Positions 61,183 through 64,000 of a stretch of DNA of 64,000 nucleotides are shown piece by piece. The position numbers and the translations under genes are program-made. Every line of letters begins with the position of its first letter. The stretch's first letter is position 1. The notes beneath the pieces were generated by a model. That model searched no databases. It saw nothing but the letters and a program-made list of their open reading frames with translations, and had not been told where the DNA came from. The stretch is taken from the NCBI GenBank assembly GCA_036785375.1, contig JAWMAR010000569.1, positions 372,001-436,000 of the forward strand, written 5' to 3'. The DNA is from Leucoraja ocellata (taxonomy: Eukaryota).

Positions 61183-61588
61183 GGGCCTGTCACACTGGGC
61201 CTGTCACACTGGGCTTGTCACACTGGGCCTGTCACACTGGGCCTGTCACACTGGGCCTGTCACACTGGGCCTGTCACACTGGGCCTGTCACACTGAGCCT
61301 GTCACACTGGGCCTGTCACACTGGGCCTGTCCCACTGGGCCTGTCACACTGGGCCTGTCACACTGGGCCTGTCACACTGGGCCTGTCACACTGGGCCTGT
61401 CACACTGAGCCTGTCACACTGGGCCTGTCCCACTGGGCCTGTCACACTGGGCCTGTCACACTGAGCCTGTCACACTGGGCCTGTCACACTGGGCCTGTCA
61501 CACTGGGCCTGTCACACTGGGCCTGTCACACTGGGCCTGTCCCACTGGGCCTGTCACAATGGGCCCGTCACAATGGGCCTGTCCCACT
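61183..61588. repeat. 14-bp minisatellite (GGGCCTGTCACACT), ~29 copies
   Basis: Directly visible. The unit equals the TIR of the adjacent MITE. Confidence 0.97.
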
Positions 61589-61601
61589 GTATTTCAGTAA
61601 A

Positions 61602-61869
61602 GGGCCTGTCACACTTAGGTTATTTTTCTAGGCGACTGCCAGTGACGAGGACAATGTCAGCACCCGGCGACAACCTAAGTCACTTGGCGACAAGCTACGT
61701 TAACCTGGCGACAACCTACGGCAGCACCTATGACAGCCCCTACAACAAGCTACGACAATCTATGACAGCCCAAATTGTCGCCACTCTCACTGAAAATTTT
61801 TCAACATGTTAAAAACTTTTCGGCAGTCGACTGTAGTCGCCTAAAATATCGCCTAAGTGGGACAGGCCC
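61602..61869. mobile_element. MITE with TIR GGGCCTGTC(A/C)CACTTAGG; related sequence continues to ~62420
   Basis: Left gggcctgtcacacttagg; right cctaagtgggacaggccc. Internal cgac/gtcg-rich repeats. Confidence 0.8.
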
Positions 61870-62611
61870 GAGGCGATTTTTCACATGACTATAGGGGACT
61901 AGGCTGTCGCCACATGGTTGCCGGGGTGTCGCCTGTATGGTCGTGAGTCGTCTCCTCAGTCGCCCAAAGAATTGTAGAGTTTTTCTGGTCGCGGCTGGAT
62001 TTTGAAATGTTCAAACATTTTCGGCGACAGTGGGCGACAGTGGGCTTGATGTCAATGAGCGTAGCTTGACTTCTCCTGACGTAGGTGCTGTCGTAGGTTG
62101 TCACCATGATCACGCAGTTTGTCGCCAGGTGACGCAGGTTGTCGCCGGGTGCTGACTTCGGTGAATTCCATTGGCGACTACCTACGTCAACCTTCGTCAA
62201 CCGGCGACAGGTACCGGCGATTGAATTGGCTGACGTTGTCTTCAGTTGTCGCCGACAGGGTCGTAGCTTGTCGCGGGTGGACGTAGGTTGTCGTAGGTGT
62301 GGTCGTAGATGGACTTCCTAAAGGGTCGCCGGTTGTCGGTGGCTTGCGGTAGCTTGATGTCGACTAGGTGGTAGGTTGTTGTAACGTGTTGGAGACATTG
62401 TCTTAGGGGGGTCCAGTCGGCAGTTTTTCTTTGAATAACATTTTGCAAGGAATTCTAGAGGCAGTTGAGGAGCAAGTAAAAACAAGAAAGTGAATGAATC
62501 CATGTTTGGTTAGTTTGACACCAAATCAGACTAATTTCCATTAAAATAATTGTAAATTTGTACAAAAGCCAAACAAAATAATGATTTTTGCACATTCACA
62601 TCCTGAGCAGT

Positions 62612-62705
62612 ATAAGAAGGGTTTCGGCCCGAAACGTCGCCTATTTCCTTCGCTCCATAGATGCTGCTGCACCCGCTGAGTTTCTCCAGCATTTTTGTGT
62701 ACCTA
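62612..62705 (+). mobile_element. Penelope-tail repeat
   Basis: aagaagggtttcggcccgaaacgtcgcc..gatgctgctgcacccgctgag. Confidence 0.75.
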
Positions 62706-62999
62706 TTAAACAGGACAAGCCCACTTTCCATTTTGGACGAGTTTATGGCTGAGTTTATAAATGAGAAAATCAAAACAGCAAAATCTTTACTGTCACAATA
62801 AATTGCTAACTTTCCTCAATTCTGAAGAAAATGAATCAACTTGAGCTAAGAACTGTATTTTTCTCTCTATCAATGCATATTTTGAACCAGGGACAGAGAC
62901 TAACTATGTAATGAACACAGGATGCAGCAGAATAAGGTAAAGTCAAATAAAGTAAAGGAAGTTACATTTTTATTTTGAAGGGGATGTAATATAAATATA

Positions 63000-63300
63000 G
63001 TTTAGTTTTAGTTAAGTTTAGAGATGCAGCGTAGAAACAGGCCCTTCGGCCCACTACGCCAACCATCGATCACCAATACACTAGTTCTATCCTACACACT
63101 AAGGACAATTTACAGAAACTAATTAAGCTACAAAACTTGCACGTCTTTGGAGTGTGGAAGGGAACTGAAGCACCCAGAGAAACCAACACAGAAATCAGGG
63201 AGAATGTACAAACTCCATACGGACAGCACCAGTTATCAGGATTGAACCTGGGTCTCGGGTGTTGTCAGGCAGTAACTCTACCGCTGTGCCACTGTGCCAC
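63000..63300 (-). mobile_element. HE1-like SINE
   Basis: Reverse complement of the SINE head and tail. Confidence 0.8.
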
Positions 63301-63352
63301 CCAAAACTATTAATAAATCCTGCTGTGTGCAACAACAAACCTGGAACATTGC

Positions 63353-64000
63353 TTATATCTTTGGCCCCTTTTCTTTTTGTTTTATTCTATCCCTAACTTC
63401 TCTTGTCAGCCACGGTTGCCTCCTACTCCCCTTAGAATCTTTCTTCCTTTTTGGAATGAAATGCTCCTGCATCTTCCGGATTATGCCCAGAAATTCCTGC
63501 CATTGCTGTTCCACCATCATTCCTTCTAGGATCCCTTTCCAGTCTACTTTGGCCAGCTTCCCTCTCATGCCTTCATAGTCTCCTTTGTTCAACTGCATCA
63601 CTGCCACTTCCGATTTAACATTCTCCTTCTCAAATTTCAGATTAAAACTAATCATATTATGATCACTACCTCCAAGCGGTTCCTTTTCCTTGAGTTCTCT
63701 TATCATATCTGGTTCATTGGACAACACTAAATCCCGAATTGCCTTTTCTCTGGTCGGCTGCATTAAAAGCTGCTCGAAGAATCCATCTCGGAGGCATTCG
63801 ACAAACTCTCTTTCTTGGGGTCCTGAACCAACCTGATTTTCCCAGTGTACCTGCATATTGAAATCCCCCATCACAACAGTGGCATTACCTTTGTTACATG
63901 CCAGTTTTAACTCCTGCTGCAACTTACACCCTACATCCGGGCTACTATTTGGGGGTCTGAAATAACACCAATTAGTGTCTTCTTGCCTTTACAATTCCTC
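63353..64000 (-). mobile_element. CR1 LINE ORF2 endonuclease region (runs off the window)
   Basis: VVMGDFN..QPTREKAIRDLVL..LGGSDHNMISF..PWLT. Confidence 0.9.

Overview
Repeat-rich vertebrate genomic DNA. The CR1/HER1-type LINE tails, HE1-type SINEs, Rex1 LINEs and Penelope-derived repeats point to a cartilaginous fish, probably a skate or ray (inference). There are three assembly gaps. Three host genes lie on the + strand in the same order as human 1p21: the last coding exon and 3' UTR of CDC14A (772-801), intronless GPR88 (8606-9634), and a VCAM1 orthologue (47076-56838). The VCAM1 locus is the most unusual part. After a signal exon and Ig domains D1-D3, a ~1.35-kb unit holding one D7-like Ig exon is amplified five times: four intact copies, and one truncated copy that has a new in-frame donor. 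A further membrane-proximal Ig exon has been destroyed by nested insertions. The D2+D3 exons also exist as a near-identical inverted copy ~20 kb upstream. The predicted protein is 709 aa with 7 Ig domains, reached by a different duplication than in mammals. Other notable items: a 23-bp VNTR just upstream of the GPR88 start codon, a three-exon KIAA1586-like hAT transposase pseudogene, minimal hammerhead-like motifs in Penelope tails, a 31-bp mini-MITE with an 8-bp TSD, and a minisatellite born from a MITE terminal repeat. All gene and family calls rest on my recognition of sequence motifs, not on database searches. TE boundaries are approximate.
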